Notes: a model not told the origin generated them from the letters alone. DNA of 64,000 nt from an uncultured Verrucomicrobiaceae bacterium (GCA_964500675.1 CAZCNY010000005.1:73612-137611); one strand, 5' to 3'. Positions 37,129 to 52,221 are shown, counted from the first letter of the stretch. Numbers and translations: made by a program.

Positions 37129-38175
37129 TCAGTTGAATACGGATTCGCCCGTCAGACCGTGCTTCTCCAGAATGTCGCGCAGACGCCGCAACGCCTCGAC
37201 CTGTATTTGTCGCACGCGCTCTCGCGTCAACCCGATTTCGCGGCCGACCTCTTCGAGCGTACTCGCCTCATATCCGCGCAAACCAAAACGACGCGCAACC
37301 ACTTCACGCTGCTTCTCGGTCAACTCGCCGAGCCATTCAGCAATACTGGAACGCATATCTTCGTCTTGTAAAAGTTCGGCGGGATCGGACACCTGCAGAT
37401 CGGGAATCGTATCGAGCAACGATTTATCGGAGTCAGGCCCCAGCGGCGTATCCACCGAGGTCACACGCTCGTTCAAACCGAGCATGTGTTTAACATCCTC
37501 CACCGGCTTGTCGAGCAAATCGGCGATCTCTTCGGCGGAGGGCTCATGATCCAACTTCTGCGTCAACTCGCGCGCTGCGCGCAAGTAAACATTCAATTCT
37601 TTCACCACGTGGATCGGCAAACGAATCGTGCGCGTTTGGTTCATAATCGCGCGCTCTATGGTCTGGCGAATCCACCAAGTCGCATAGGTCGAAAAACGGA
37701 AGCCGCGCTCGGGATCGAATTTCTCGACCGCGCGAATCAAACCTAAATTACCTTCCTCGATCAAATCGAGCAGCGACAAACCGCGATTTACGTAGCGCCG
37801 CGCGATTTTAACCACCAAGCGCAAATTGCTTTCGATCATGCGTTTGCGGCCAGCCTCTTCACCTTTCATGGCGAGACGCGCGTAATAGACCTCCTCTTCG
37901 GGAGTTAATAGCGGCGAGAATCCAATCTCATTGAGATAGATCTGGGTAGCATCAAGCGTTTTTTGAAGACTCACCGTTTGGCTAACGCGCCCGGTATAAA
38001 CTTTGGCAGGTTTGGGTGTTACAGGAGCTTCAGACTCGCCTTCGTCGACCGCGTCCAATAAACCGGGGCCCGACGCCAGCTCACCGGCGCCATCAATCGT
38101 AAACTCCAACTCTTCCATTCCGGGAAGGTTATCGAAATCACCGCCACTGTACTGACCGTCTCTTTCGATTTGCAT
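37129..38175 (-). CDS. rpoS: RNA polymerase sigma factor RpoS (sigma-38)
   Basis: 348 aa. Long blocks identical to E. coli RpoS ([88 protein letters not shown]). Confidence 0.95.
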   Translation of the reverse strand: MQIERDGQYSGGDFDNLPGMEELEFTIDGAGELASGPGLLDAVDEGESEAPVTPKPAKVYTGRVSQTVSLQKTLDATQIYLNEIGFSPLLTPEEEVYYARLAMKGEEAGRKRMIESNLRLVVKIARRYVNRGLSLLDLIEEGNLGLIRAVEKFDPERGFRFSTYATWWIRQTIERAIMNQTRTIRLPIHVVKELNVYLRAARELTQKLDHEPSAEEIADLLDKPVEDVKHMLGLNERVTSVDTPLGPDSDKSLLDTIPDLQVSDPAELLQDEDMRSSIAEWLGELTEKQREVVARRFGLRGYEASTLEEVGREIGLTRERVRQIQVEALRRLRDILEKHGLTGESVFN

Positions 38176-38995
38176 AGTTTTGCCCCTTCCTCAAAGTCAT
38201 TCTCTATTATTCTACGCTTCGCGAATCGCATCACACCTGAATGCAAAGCAATTCAACCGCGACCGGCTACTGCAAAATGGTCAATGGCACAACCTTCTTC
38301 TCTACCCGCTATATCTCGGCATTTGTACCGCGAGCTTTAGCGATTTTCTCCATCAAGCAAAATTAAGGCCCAAGTAGAGTTGACAGGCTCGCTGATATCG
38401 CAACAAGAATCAACCACTTTGTACACGCCAACACGACGGCGCAGAGTCTCAATAACAAAGGCAGTTCACTCACTAAAATCTTCTAACCAGCCGACTAAGG
38501 CGCACGATGCGCTCAGGGCAAATTGCCGAAACGATTTTCGCTTTTGCGATCTCCCCATCCGATATATTCATCCACTCCACGGAGCCGTGGCGAGCGACAC
38601 AAAGAATTCCGGGATTATTCGCGATCGCATTACCCGTTAGACGCCTGATTCCGACCACCTTTTAAAATTTATAATAATTTGATTTGTATAGGCTTTTCTC
38701 AAGAATGATCATGCTGCGCAAATAGAGCAGGCCGCGCGCTAAATCGAAATTTGACACCTGAACTTTCGCATCCGTTGGATGAAAGCGGTAGGACACCTGC
38801 GAATCGCGCAAAGGAGCATACACAAATAGCCCCACAATCTTCAGCGATAGAACACTAAGCCAATTATCAACTTTATCTCATAGCTCAATGATTTTATTTG
38901 AATTATAGATAAAACAGAAAGTGAATACCCAACCAAATAATAACCAAAATAAATATAAAAATATTTTTAATTTAAAAAAAATCTAAAAAATCCTC

Positions 38996-39670
38996 TTATT
39001 TTCTCACTGTTCCGGCAAGTAACGGTACGAAACGGACGGGCTCGATCACGCTACTCACGATTTCATCATCGATCCGATCAATGGCAATTAGTTGTTGTTC
39101 ATGCTCATCCCCCACCGGGATGACAAGTCGACCGCCTTCGGCCAACTGCGCAATAAGCTCGGATGGAACCTCTAACGGCGCCGCCGCAGCCAAGATACCA
39201 TCGAAAGGCCCTTTATCGGGCCAGCCGAGACCGCCATCCGCCAAACGCAGATTCACATTGTAAATTTTCAGCAGTCGCAATCGCTGCCGAGCTTTTTCTT
39301 GCAACGGCTGAATGCGCTCCATGCTGTACACCTGCTCGACATCGGGCATGCGGGCCAATACCGCGGTTTGATAACCCGAACCGGTGCCGATTTCTAAAAT
39401 ACGCGAGCGGGGACCGCTCTGAAACAACAACTCGGTCATGCGCGCGACGATATAGGGTTGCGATAACGTCTGCTGATAACCGATAGGCAGCGCGCTGTCT
39501 TCATAAGCGCGCTGGGCGAGTGCTTCATCGAGAAAAATATGGCGCGGCGTGCTGCGCATCAAATCGAGCACGGCGATATTGCGAATTCCCTGTTCGCGCA
39601 ATCGCTGCATCATACGATCGCGCGTGCGCTGGGAGGTCATGCCGATCCCAGTCAGTTTTTCTAGCTCCAA
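38996..39670 (-). CDS. pcm: Protein-L-isoaspartate O-methyltransferase
   Basis: 224 aa. TLSQPYIVARMTELL, SAM-binding ILEIGTGSGYQTAVLA, and a conserved C-terminal VRFVPL. Confidence 0.95.
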   Translation of the reverse strand: MELEKLTGIGMTSQRTRDRMMQRLREQGIRNIAVLDLMRSTPRHIFLDEALAQRAYEDSALPIGYQQTLSQPYIVARMTELLFQSGPRSRILEIGTGSGYQTAVLARMPDVEQVYSMERIQPLQEKARQRLRLLKIYNVNLRLADGGLGWPDKGPFDGILAAAAPLEVPSELIAQLAEGGRLVIPVGDEHEQQLIAIDRIDDEIVSSVIEPVRFVPLLAGTVRK

Positions 39671-39692
39671 GCTGAACTCCTACTATCTGTTG

Positions 39693-40754
39693 TTAGCTTG
39701 TGTAGTGCGATTCAGCTACGGGCAAATAATAATGAGCCAATTCTCGCATAAGACTGGTAGCGAAGCAGCCTCTAGCCAGAGTAAACGAAAATCGCCATAC
39801 GCCGCCGCCAACCTCCTCAACCCGCAAATTCTCCGGCAGCAAACGCAAACTGCGACGCGCACTCTCGACTTTCGCGGCCACCAAATAATCAACGAGATGG
39901 CCGTATTCGCGCAGAACAACCTGCTCCAAAAACAATACGTCATCAGTCGGCGCAGCATCGCCCATGCAACCGGGCAAAGGCCCGGACATATGAATATCGC
40001 CCGATTCAACACGCGCCAAAAGCGTCGCATCAAGCGCTTGTCGAAACACACTATTGCTGCGATTCAACATAAATACCTCGCCAGGCAACGGCACCGCCCA
40101 GGTATTTTCATTGATACGATGCGCTAACACCGCGTTGAACAAATACGAGCGTAGCGCGGAAAAATATAGGCCCGCCTGTTGGCGTGGTAATCGGCTTTGC
40201 CGCTCGGCGGCTCGCTGCGCCAATTCGAGTGTGCGTCCATCGCGGCCGAAGCGCTGCTCGCCAAAATAATTCGGCGCGCCGCGCGCGCAAATCTTCGCGA
40301 TGCGCATTTGCAGCGCATCGTGATCGCCTTGTACTTCGCGCAGCGTGATTTGGAAATAATTACTGCGATGCGTGCCGCGCCGCAGTTTTTTGGAATGCCG
40401 TGCAGCGCGTAAAATCCGCAGCATCGGATCGTTCCATTGCTGCCAATCGATATCGCGATTGAGCAGATGCAAACTGAACCACTGACGTGCAACCGCGCGC
40501 TTATCCTTGAGTCCAGAATAGGAAATATCGCGCTCGCGCAATCCGGCAAACCGCGCGAGTCGCTGCGCGGCATCCGCTGTGTTCAGATTCTCTTTTTCGA
40601 CCCACAACCAACAATGTTCGCCGACACCATCGGGTTCGAAGCCCAACTGCTCTTCGACAAAAAAATCGGCGGGGGTTTGCCGCAATATCCCGCGTACCGG
40701 TGGCTCACCCCAAGTGCGCGGCCAGTCGAGTAGCACCGCCAATTCTGAAACCAC
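39693..40754 (-). CDS. truD: tRNA pseudouridine(13) synthase TruD
   Basis: Collinear with E. coli TruD (PADFFVEEQLGFEPDG, SYSGLKDKRAV, GAPNYFGEQRFG, SFATSLMREL). Start proposed at GTG 40754, overlapping the ispF stop by 1 nt. The track ORF's upstream extension overlaps ispF. Confidence 0.9.
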   Translation of the reverse strand: MVSELAVLLDWPRTWGEPPVRGILRQTPADFFVEEQLGFEPDGVGEHCWLWVEKENLNTADAAQRLARFAGLRERDISYSGLKDKRAVARQWFSLHLLNRDIDWQQWNDPMLRILRAARHSKKLRRGTHRSNYFQITLREVQGDHDALQMRIAKICARGAPNYFGEQRFGRDGRTLELAQRAAERQSRLPRQQAGLYFSALRSYLFNAVLAHRINENTWAVPLPGEVFMLNRSNSVFRQALDATLLARVESGDIHMSGPLPGCMGDAAPTDDVLFLEQVVLREYGHLVDYLVAAKVESARRSLRLLPENLRVEEVGGGVWRFSFTLARGCFATSLMRELAHYYLPVAESHYTS

Positions 40755-41236
40755 TAGTCGAGCGACTCCAGCAACACCACGGCATAAGCGGCAATTCCTT
40801 CGCTGCGACCGATAAAGCCGAGCGTTTCGCTTGTTGTCGCTTTGATATTGATCTGCGCGATGGAGCACTCAAGATCGGCTGCGATATTTTCACGCATCGC
40901 CTGCGCATGCTTCATGACGCGCGGTGCCTCTGCAACCAGCGTTATGTCGGCGTTGCCGAGCAGATATTTTTTTTGCCTGAGCAACGCCAATACATGGCGC
41001 AGCAATTTGCGGCTGTCGATACCGCGATATTGTGCATCGGTGTCGGGAAAATGCTGACCGATATCGCCCAGCGCCGCAGCGCCGAGCAACGCATCGCAGA
41101 GCGCATGCAGTAACACATCGCCATCGGAGTGCGCAACAACGCCATGCGTATGCGCGATACGCACACCACCCAACGTAACGAAATCACCGGAGCCAAAGCG
41201 ATGCACATCGTAACCATGCCCGATTCTCATCGTCAT
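40754..41236 (-). CDS. ispF: 2-C-methyl-D-erythritol 2,4-cyclodiphosphate synthase
   Basis: 160 aa. [38 protein letters not shown] overlap with ispD. Confidence 0.96.
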   Translation of the reverse strand: MTMRIGHGYDVHRFGSGDFVTLGGVRIAHTHGVVAHSDGDVLLHALCDALLGAAALGDIGQHFPDTDAQYRGIDSRKLLRHVLALLRQKKYLLGNADITLVAEAPRVMKHAQAMRENIAADLECSIAQINIKATTSETLGFIGRSEGIAAYAVVLLESLD

Positions 41237-41964
41237 TACTTGCCGCTCTCTGATGACATTTGGCTTTGCAGAAGCTGGCTTTGCAAAAAAAAAGCGGCGA
41301 GCGCCAAATCTTCGGGACGCGTAATTTTAATATTGCTGCTCGCACCTTCGACCACCTGCGCCTGCCAGCCCAATGCTTCGATCGCCTGCGCCTCGTCGGT
41401 CACGGCAATCCCCATGCTGATGCAATGATTGAGCGCATCGAGCAGCAACCGCATACGAAATAACTGCGGCGTCTGCGCCCGCCACAGCCACGAGCGATCG
41501 ACTGTCTCTTCAATTTGGCGCGCGGAATCGACGCGCTTGATCGTATCGCTCGCCGGTATCGCGAGAATGCCGCCGACAGGATGATGTTCGAGTTGCATAA
41601 TCAGTTTTTCAATATCGCTACGCAGACAACAAGGCCGCGCCACATCGTGCACGAGCGCCCATTCGCTGCCGCCGAATTTTTGTTGCAGATGCTGCAAACC
41701 ATTCAGTACCGAATGGCAACGCTCGTCGCCACCCACGGTGACTTCGATGCGCGGATCGGAGAAAACCGCGAGATCGCGCCAGCGGCGATCCTCTGGATGC
41801 ACGACAACGACGATGCGCTCTAACCGCTCGATACTTAGCAGCAAACGCAGACTGTGCTCGATAACGGTGGCGTTGTGCAGCAGCAGATATTGTTTAGGAA
41901 TCGCAGCACCGAAACGTTTGCCGGTACCTGCGGCGGGAACAATGGCGCTATAGGTGTTCACCAT
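41236..41964 (-). CDS. ispD: 2-C-methyl-D-erythritol 4-phosphate cytidylyltransferase
   Basis: [14 protein letters not shown]-loop-like motif. Start uncertain between ATG 41964 (preferred) and TTG 41994, which would overlap ftsB. Confidence 0.92.
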   Translation of the reverse strand: MVNTYSAIVPAAGTGKRFGAAIPKQYLLLHNATVIEHSLRLLLSIERLERIVVVVHPEDRRWRDLAVFSDPRIEVTVGGDERCHSVLNGLQHLQQKFGGSEWALVHDVARPCCLRSDIEKLIMQLEHHPVGGILAIPASDTIKRVDSARQIEETVDRSWLWRAQTPQLFRMRLLLDALNHCISMGIAVTDEAQAIEALGWQAQVVEGASSNIKITRPEDLALAAFFLQSQLLQSQMSSESGK

Positions 41965-41983
41965 TCTTGAGCGACGACTGACA

Positions 41984-42256
41984 TTATTGATCAACGACGA
42001 GATAAAACGTTTCGCCGCGCTTGATCATACCCAGATCGTTGCGCGCGTGCTCTTCGATGGCTTCGTTACCCGATTTTAAACTGAGCACTTCGCCGGCGAG
42101 CATTTGATTGCGCGCAATGAGATGGCTGTTGTGTTCGCGCTGCGTCTCGATATCGCGCTGCAGCGATGCGATCTGCGCCCAACTGCCCGGCCCGACCCAC
42201 AGCCGGTACTGTATACCAGCGAACAGAATCACCAAAATGACATTGAGCGCACGCAT
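41984..42256 (-). CDS. ftsB: Cell division protein FtsB
   Basis: 90 aa. N-terminal TM followed by a coiled coil (QYRLWVG.GS....L...I..Q). Conserved position between eno and ispD. Confidence 0.88.
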   Translation of the reverse strand: MRALNVILVILFAGIQYRLWVGPGSWAQIASLQRDIETQREHNSHLIARNQMLAGEVLSLKSGNEAIEEHARNDLGMIKRGETFYLVVDQ

Positions 42257-42347
42257 CGTTGCTTATTTTCCGAGAGCCGCTGGTTTCAAAAACGATAGCG
42301 GCAAACCTAGCATAAGTTTGCCGCCACTGCACACGACATATCCGCCG

Positions 42348-43637
<1,290 letters not shown>

Positions 43638-43670
43638 TTATTTTTCTCCGTTGCAAAATCATCATTAAGT

Positions 43671-43700
43671 TTTTTATTCCCCTCTCCCGGCGGAAGAGGG
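43671..43700. repeat. REP-like palindromic element (copy 1, between kdsA and eno)
   Basis: TTTTTATTCCCCTCTCCCGGCGGAAGAGGG. Its reverse complement shares GGGAGAGGGGAATAAAAA with the copy at 47676-47707. Confidence 0.6.
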
Positions 43701-43712
43701 AACTAAACCCCT

Positions 43713-46270
<2,558 letters not shown>

Positions 46271-46330
46271 TCAGACTGCGGTCCTGCAAGATGGGCGCTC
46301 AGCTTAACAGAAAGCGGGGGGCGGCTCAAT

Positions 46331-47641
46331 TTAAGGGGAAGGTCGCACTACCCAGCCTACTTGCCAACCCCGCGCGGCAAGCGCTGCGGTAAACCCCTCG
46401 CAGACCCACAAATTTCCGACCGCAGCAATTCGATCCCCACAATAAATAATCGGCAAGCGATCGCGTAGCCACGGCGGTACATTGTATTCCTGCAATAATT
46501 TTTTGAGCGTTTGCGAATGCGCGCGCCCCGCTGGTTTGCAACGCTCGCCGCCAATGCGATTGCGCACGCGATAATTTAAATCGGCGCGTAAGCCTGAACC
46601 GATAATCGAACTCACGGTTAATTTTCCCAAACCTTGAATAATCAATGGCTGCGAAAAATTCCATTCGATGTCGATGGGTGCAGTGGGTAAAGGTGGCAGC
46701 GGTGGAACTGCGTGTAAGCAATCGCGAAAACGATGCACTTCGACACCCGGCCACGTCACGCAAGGCTGTGCATCCGCGCGCGCATGCGAAATTGCGAGCA
46801 CCTCCTGCAGTTGTTCGCGACTCGGTTGCGGCAGATTTTTTTGCTGAAACCAAAAACGCAGCAAATTTCTCTGGCGCTCCACGTTTAAGTGCTCAGATGC
46901 GACAAGCGATAAATTGCCCTCTGCATTAATTGCTCTTTCGGCGTCAATGCGCGCGAGCTCGTCGAGCAATCGTGCAGCTTCATCCGCTTGCGTAACAACG
47001 CGCGACAGCGTTGTGCGATACGCAGACCAGCGTTGCTCAACAACGGGCAATACCTTGAGGCGCAAAAAATTGCGGTCGAATCGATCACGCTGATTACTGT
47101 CATCTTCAATCCATTGCAATTGATTCGCTTGCGCGTAGGCGAGCAAATCGCTACGCGAATAACCGAGCAACGGACGCAACAGTTGTCCGCGACCGAGCGC
47201 GCGCCGTGTAGGAATGGCTGCCAAGCCGGCAATACCGCTGCCGCGCAGCAAACGCAACATCAGCGTTTCGATTTGATCGTCGCGGTGATGCGCTTGTAGC
47301 AATAGTTCATTCGCGCCGATGTGTCGTTCAAATGCAGCGTAACGCGCGGCTCGCGCCGCGGCTTCGATGCCATCGCCACCGTTAACGACGCTCACCACTT
47401 CCGAAATGAATTCGATATCGAGCCCTGCACAAATACGGCGGCAATGCTCGACCCACTCACGGGCGCTCGGGTTGAGTTGATGGTTGATATGAATAGCCGT
47501 TAATGCGGGCGTTTTTTGCTGTTTGCGCAATTGCGCGAGCAGATGCAACAACACATGCGAATCGACACCACCGCTGTAGGCGATCCACCAGCGGTGAGAA
47601 TTGAAAAATGGTTTTAGGATTGCGTCGAGGTTTATCGACAT
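46331..47641 (-). CDS. tilS: tRNA(Ile)-lysidine synthase
   Basis: 436 aa. PP-loop SGGVDS, HINHQL, AHHRDDQIET, and a C-terminal TilS domain. Confidence 0.93.
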   Translation of the reverse strand: MSINLDAILKPFFNSHRWWIAYSGGVDSHVLLHLLAQLRKQQKTPALTAIHINHQLNPSAREWVEHCRRICAGLDIEFISEVVSVVNGGDGIEAAARAARYAAFERHIGANELLLQAHHRDDQIETLMLRLLRGSGIAGLAAIPTRRALGRGQLLRPLLGYSRSDLLAYAQANQLQWIEDDSNQRDRFDRNFLRLKVLPVVEQRWSAYRTTLSRVVTQADEAARLLDELARIDAERAINAEGNLSLVASEHLNVERQRNLLRFWFQQKNLPQPSREQLQEVLAISHARADAQPCVTWPGVEVHRFRDCLHAVPPLPPLPTAPIDIEWNFSQPLIIQGLGKLTVSSIIGSGLRADLNYRVRNRIGGERCKPAGRAHSQTLKKLLQEYNVPPWLRDRLPIIYCGDRIAAVGNLWVCEGFTAALAARGWQVGWVVRPSP

Positions 47642-47675
47642 ATTTGCATTGTTAAGTCATTGTGCAGGTACAGCT

Positions 47676-47707
47676 CCCTCTCCCCCGCGGGAGAGGGGAA
47701 TAAAAAT
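47676..47707. repeat. REP-like palindromic element (copy 2, between accA and tilS, opposite orientation to copy 1)
   Basis: CCCTCTCCC-ccgc-GGGAGAGGG (9-bp perfect stem) followed by GAATAAAAAT, abutting the accA stop. Confidence 0.6.
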
Positions 47708-48655
47708 CTAATTCCCGTACGCCATCAAACGCTCATAGCGCTTGTGCAACAACTCGTCGACGGGCATATCTTTTAAGCGTTTGAGTTGGGTGAGAAGATG
47801 TTTTTTCACGCGCGCAGCCATCAGATCGACATCGCGATGCGCGCCACCTTTGGGTTCTTCAATCGTGCAATCGACAATACCGAGTTTTTCCAGCGCGCTC
47901 GATGTCACGCCCATCGCCTCGGCCGCTTCGGGCGCTTTCGCGGTGGTTTTCCAAATGATATTCGCACAACCTTCGGGCGAAATAACGAAGTACGTGCCGT
48001 ATTGCAGCATGGCGAGATGATCGCCGACGCCGATACCGATCGCGCCGCCCGAGCTGCCCTCGCCGATGACCACGCACATGATCGGCGTTTTCAGGCGCGA
48101 CATCACCGCGAGATTTTGCGCGATCGCTTCGGAAATGCCGCGCTCTTCGCTATCGATGCCGGGATACGCACCGGGCGTGTCGATCAGCGTAATCACCGGC
48201 AATTTGAAACGCTCGGCCATCTCCATCAAACGCAACGCTTTGCGATAACCTTCAGGCTTGGGCATACCGAAATTGCGTTTAACTTTCTCCTGCACGCCGC
48301 GGCCCTTTTCCTGCCCGATCACCATCACCGGTTCATTGTCGAGCCGCGCGATACCGCCGACGATAGCCTTGTCATCGCCGAAGCGGCGATCGCCGTGCAA
48401 CTCATCGAATTCGGTGAACACGCGACCGATGTAATCGAGCGCGTATGGACGCAGAGGATGCCGCGCCACCTGCACGATTTGCCACGGCGAAAGATTGGCA
48501 AAAATCTTTTCGGTCAGCTTGTTGCTTTTTTCGCGCAGTTTATTGATTTCGTCATTGATATTGAGATTGGCATCGTTGCCGACGAGACGCAGCTCTTCGA
48601 TTTTAGCTTCGAGATCGGCGATGGGCTGTTCAAAATCCAGATAATTCGGGTTCAT
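47708..48655 (-). CDS. accA: Acetyl-CoA carboxylase carboxyltransferase alpha subunit
   Basis: 315 aa. [46 protein letters not shown]-like IGEGSSGGA. Confidence 0.97.
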   Translation of the reverse strand: MNPNYLDFEQPIADLEAKIEELRLVGNDANLNINDEINKLREKSNKLTEKIFANLSPWQIVQVARHPLRPYALDYIGRVFTEFDELHGDRRFGDDKAIVGGIARLDNEPVMVIGQEKGRGVQEKVKRNFGMPKPEGYRKALRLMEMAERFKLPVITLIDTPGAYPGIDSEERGISEAIAQNLAVMSRLKTPIMCVVIGEGSSGGAIGIGVGDHLAMLQYGTYFVISPEGCANIIWKTTAKAPEAAEAMGVTSSALEKLGIVDCTIEEPKGGAHRDVDLMAARVKKHLLTQLKRLKDMPVDELLHKRYERLMAYGN

Positions 48656-48726
48656 GGTCGTTGTTAAAATCGCCCTTTCCGGTTGATTGGATCATCTCTG
48701 ATCGAGTTGCGAATAACGATACGCGA

Positions 48727-51700
48727 TTACGCCGAATAGGCCAAGCGCACGCGCTCGGACCCGTAGCGGTCGCGCAGCCGCTGCAGCAATTCGTCGGACG
48801 GCTGCACGCGCCACATTTCGGGCAGCCGCAAATTCGCCGCCGCGCCGCGCCGCCGGTACGCGATCAGCACCGGACACGCGCCGCGATGGTCGTTAAGCAG
48901 ACGCTCAAACTCTGCGCGAAAATCGCCGCGAAAATCGTTTTCGTCGAGCTGCAATTCGAGCGCACGCACGGCCTGACTGCGCGCCTCCAGCAACGTGCGC
49001 ACGCCCTTGCCGCGCATTTTCAAGCCGCCCGAATAATCGTCGTAGCTGACCTGTCCTTCGATCACGAGCAGCGCATCCTTGACGAGTTTTTCGCGATGCT
49101 CGTTATACGCATCGGCGAACAGCGTCACCTCGATGCGCGCGCTACGATCATCGAGCAATACGAATGCCATGTTGTCGCCGCGTTTGTTTTTCATCGTGCG
49201 CAAACTCACGACAAGTCCCGCGATGCTTTGATTGTGATTGTCGGCCTTGAGATCGACGATGCGATTCGGCACGAACGCGCGCAGCTCGCTTTCGTAATCG
49301 TCGATCGGATGCCCGGTCACATATAAGCCGAGCGTTTCTTTTTCGCCTTCGAGCCGCTGCTTCGTGCTCCACGGCCGCGCACTGCGAAACGCCTTGTAGA
49401 CATCGCCGCTCGCGGGCACGGGCACCACATCGCCGAATAAATCGAGCATGCCGCTGTCCTGATTGACTGCGGCCTGCTCCGCCGCTTGCACCGCATCCTG
49501 CATGCTCGCCATTAAAATCGCGCGATCGACGCCAAGCGGATCGAACGCACCGGCTTTTATCAATGCTTCGAGCGCGCGCTTGTTAACCTTGCGCGCATCG
49601 GTGCGCGTGCAAAAATCGAAAAGACTTGTGAACGGCCCGCCGCTGTTGCGCGCGGCGATAATGCTTTCGATGGGACCTTCGCCGAGCCCTTTGATCGCGC
49701 CGAGCCCGTAAATAATTTCGCCGCGCTCGTTGACGGTGAACATATATTCACCGACATTCACATCCGGCAATTTCAATTGCAATTTCATCGCGCGGCATTC
49801 TTCGATGAACACGACGATCTTGTCGGTGTTCTGCAATTCCGAACTCATCACCGCAGCCATGAACGGCGCCGGATAATGTTGCTTCAACCACGCGGTTTGA
49901 TACGATACCAGCGCGTACGCGGCCGAGTGCGATTTGTTAAAGCCGTAGCCCGCGAATTTTTCCATCAAATCAAAAATATTCGACGACAGCTCTTCGCCAA
50001 AGCCCTGCGCTTTCGCACCGTCGATAAATACCGCGCGCTGCTTCGCCATCTCCTCGGGTTTTTTCTTGCCCATCGCGCGCCGCAGCAGATCGGCGCCGCC
50101 GAGCGTATAGCCCGCCATCACCTGCGGAATCTGCATCACCTGCTCTTGATAGAGAATGATGCCGTAGGTCGGCTCCAAAATCGGAATCAAACATTTATCC
50201 TGGTAGCGCGGATGCGGATACGCGAGTTCGGCGCGGCCGTGTTTGCGATTGATAAAATCATCGACCATGCCCGATTGCAGCGGCCCCGGACGGAACAGCG
50301 CCACCAGCGCGACGATATCCTCGAAACGCGACGGCAGCAGGCGCTTGATGAGATCTTTCATGCCGCGCGATTCGAGCTGAAACACCGCCGTGGTTTCGGC
50401 GCGCTGCAATAATTTAAAAGTGGCTTCGTCGTCGAGCGGAATCGCCATGATGTCGAGCGGCGGCTCGCCAATTTCGGCGCGTTTGCGATCGATGATTTTT
50501 TTCGCCCAGTCGATAATCGTGAGCGTGCGCAGACCGAGGAAGTCGAATTTGACGAGACCCGCATCCTCGACATCGTTTTTATCGAATTGCGTGACGAGCC
50601 CTTCGCCCGTTTCGTCGCAATAAAGCGGCGCGAAATCGGTGAGTTTCGACGGCGCGATCACGACGCCGCCCGCGTGTTTGCCGACATTGCGCGTGATGCC
50701 TTCGAGCTGCAATGCCATTTCCCAAATTTCCTGCGCCTGCGCATCGGTGTCGAGAAAATCGCGCAGCACTTCCTCTTTCTCAAAAGCATCCTGCAAGGTG
50801 ATGCCGACTTCGAACGGAATCATTTTCGATAATTTATCGCCGAGTCCGTACGCTTTTCCCTGCACGCGCGCGACATCGCGCACCACGGCTTTCGCCGCCA
50901 TCGTGCCGAAGGTGATGATTTGCGACACCGCTTCACGGCCGTAACGCTCGGCCACGTAATGAATCACGCGATCGCGCCCTTCCATGCAAAAATCGATGTC
51001 GAAGTCGGGCATCGACACGCGCTCGGGGTTGAGAAAACGCTCGAACAGCAGATCGTATTGAATCGGATCGAGGTCGGTGATTTTGAGCGCGTACGCGACC
51101 AGCGAACCCGCACCCGAACCGCGCCCCGGCCCCACGGGAATATCGTGATCCTTCGCCCAGCGAATAAAATCCATCACGATAAGAAAATAACCCGGGAAGC
51201 CCATTTGAATAATCACGTCGAGCTCGAAATCGAGGCGATCGCGATATTGTGTTTGCGTCGCGGTAAATTCAGGCGAATTTACCGCGAATTCTTTTTGTTT
51301 AAAAAGAACCGCAAGCCGTTCGTCGAGGCCTTGATGCGCGAGCTGACGAAAATACTCGCCCATCGTGAGCCCTTCGGGCACGGGATAATCGGGCAGAAAC
51401 GGCGTGCCGAGTTTGATCGTGGCATTGCAGCGCTTGGCGATTTCAACGCTGTTTTCAAGCGCGGCTGGAATATCGCTGAACAGCTCGCACATTTCTTCGG
51501 CGGAGCGCAGATATTGCTGTTCGCTGTAGCGGCGCACGCGGCGCGGATCGTCGAGCGTGCGGCCTTCATGAATGCACACGCGCGCTTCGTGCGCTTCGAA
51601 TTGCTCCCGGCGCAAGAAGCGCACGTCGTTGGTCGCCACCACCGCGCAATCCATTTTCACGGCGAGCTGAAGCGCCGCGTGCAGATACTCTTCTTCGCCC

Positions 51701-52221
51701 GCGCGGCCGGTACGGTGCAATTCGAGATAGAAACGATCGCCGAATAAATTCCGCCACCACTGCAAGCGCTCGGCCGCGAGTTGCTCTTTACCATTGCCGA
51801 GCGCGCGACCGATATCGCCGTAACGCCCGCCCGATAACACAATCACGCCATCGCTGCATTCGCGCAGCCAATCGCGCTGAATATATGCAACATCCTGATA
51901 TTGACCTTCGAGCCACGCGCGCGAAATCAATTGCGTGAGGTTGCGATAGCCCATGTCATTTTGCGCGAGCAGGCAGACCACGTTGATGTGACTTTCGTCG
52001 GTGTCGTCGCGCATATAAAAATCGGCGCCGAAAATCGGTTTTAAACCCGCCGCACTCGCCGCTTTGTAAAATTTGATCAACGCAAAAAAATTGGTGAGAT
52101 CGGTAAGCGCGCACGCGGGCATGCCATCGGCCGCCACGGCTTCAGCGAGCTCATCGACGCGCACCAAGCCGTCGACGAGCGAGTATTCGGAATGAATGCG
52201 CAGATGGACAAAGTTTTTCAT
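48727..52221 (-). CDS. dnaE: DNA polymerase III alpha subunit
   Basis: 1164 aa. N-terminal PHP domain (FVHLRIHSEYSLVDG), the polymerase core (PDFDIDF, GLVKFDFLGLRTL) and an OB fold. Confidence 0.98.
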   Translation of the reverse strand: MKNFVHLRIHSEYSLVDGLVRVDELAEAVAADGMPACALTDLTNFFALIKFYKAASAAGLKPIFGADFYMRDDTDESHINVVCLLAQNDMGYRNLTQLISRAWLEGQYQDVAYIQRDWLRECSDGVIVLSGGRYGDIGRALGNGKEQLAAERLQWWRNLFGDRFYLELHRTGRAGEEEYLHAALQLAVKMDCAVVATNDVRFLRREQFEAHEARVCIHEGRTLDDPRRVRRYSEQQYLRSAEEMCELFSDIPAALENSVEIAKRCNATIKLGTPFLPDYPVPEGLTMGEYFRQLAHQGLDERLAVLFKQKEFAVNSPEFTATQTQYRDRLDFELDVIIQMGFPGYFLIVMDFIRWAKDHDIPVGPGRGSGAGSLVAYALKITDLDPIQYDLLFERFLNPERVSMPDFDIDFCMEGRDRVIHYVAERYGREAVSQIITFGTMAAKAVVRDVARVQGKAYGLGDKLSKMIPFEVGITLQDAFEKEEVLRDFLDTDAQAQEIWEMALQLEGITRNVGKHAGGVVIAPSKLTDFAPLYCDETGEGLVTQFDKNDVEDAGLVKFDFLGLRTLTIIDWAKKIIDRKRAEIGEPPLDIMAIPLDDEATFKLLQRAETTAVFQLESRGMKDLIKRLLPSRFEDIVALVALFRPGPLQSGMVDDFINRKHGRAELAYPHPRYQDKCLIPILEPTYGIILYQEQVMQIPQVMAGYTLGGADLLRRAMGKKKPEEMAKQRAVFIDGAKAQGFGEELSSNIFDLMEKFAGYGFNKSHSAAYALVSYQTAWLKQHYPAPFMAAVMSSELQNTDKIVVFIEECRAMKLQLKLPDVNVGEYMFTVNERGEIIYGLGAIKGLGEGPIESIIAARNSGGPFTSLFDFCTRTDARKVNKRALEALIKAGAFDPLGVDRAILMASMQDAVQAAEQAAVNQDSGMLDLFGDVVPVPASGDVYKAFRSARPWSTKQRLEGEKETLGLYVTGHPIDDYESELRAFVPNRIVDLKADNHNQSIAGLVVSLRTMKNKRGDNMAFVLLDDRSARIEVTLFADAYNEHREKLVKDALLVIEGQVSYDDYSGGLKMRGKGVRTLLEARSQAVRALELQLDENDFRGDFRAEFERLLNDHRGACPVLIAYRRRGAAANLRLPEMWRVQPSDELLQRLRDRYGSERVRLAYSA

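Noticed and set aside
38176-38995. nlpD pseudogene remnant, small protein genes (86 aa plus strand, 61 aa minus strand) or an Rsm/Csr-titrating sRNA in the pcm-rpoS spacer
   Set aside because: I saw no LysM or M23 (HxxxD, HLHFE-type) remnants in any minus-strand frame I read. The short ORFs start at non-ATG codons without an RBS. The number of GGA motifs (about 9 in about 480 nt on the minus strand) is close to random expectation, and no terminator closes a candidate sRNA.
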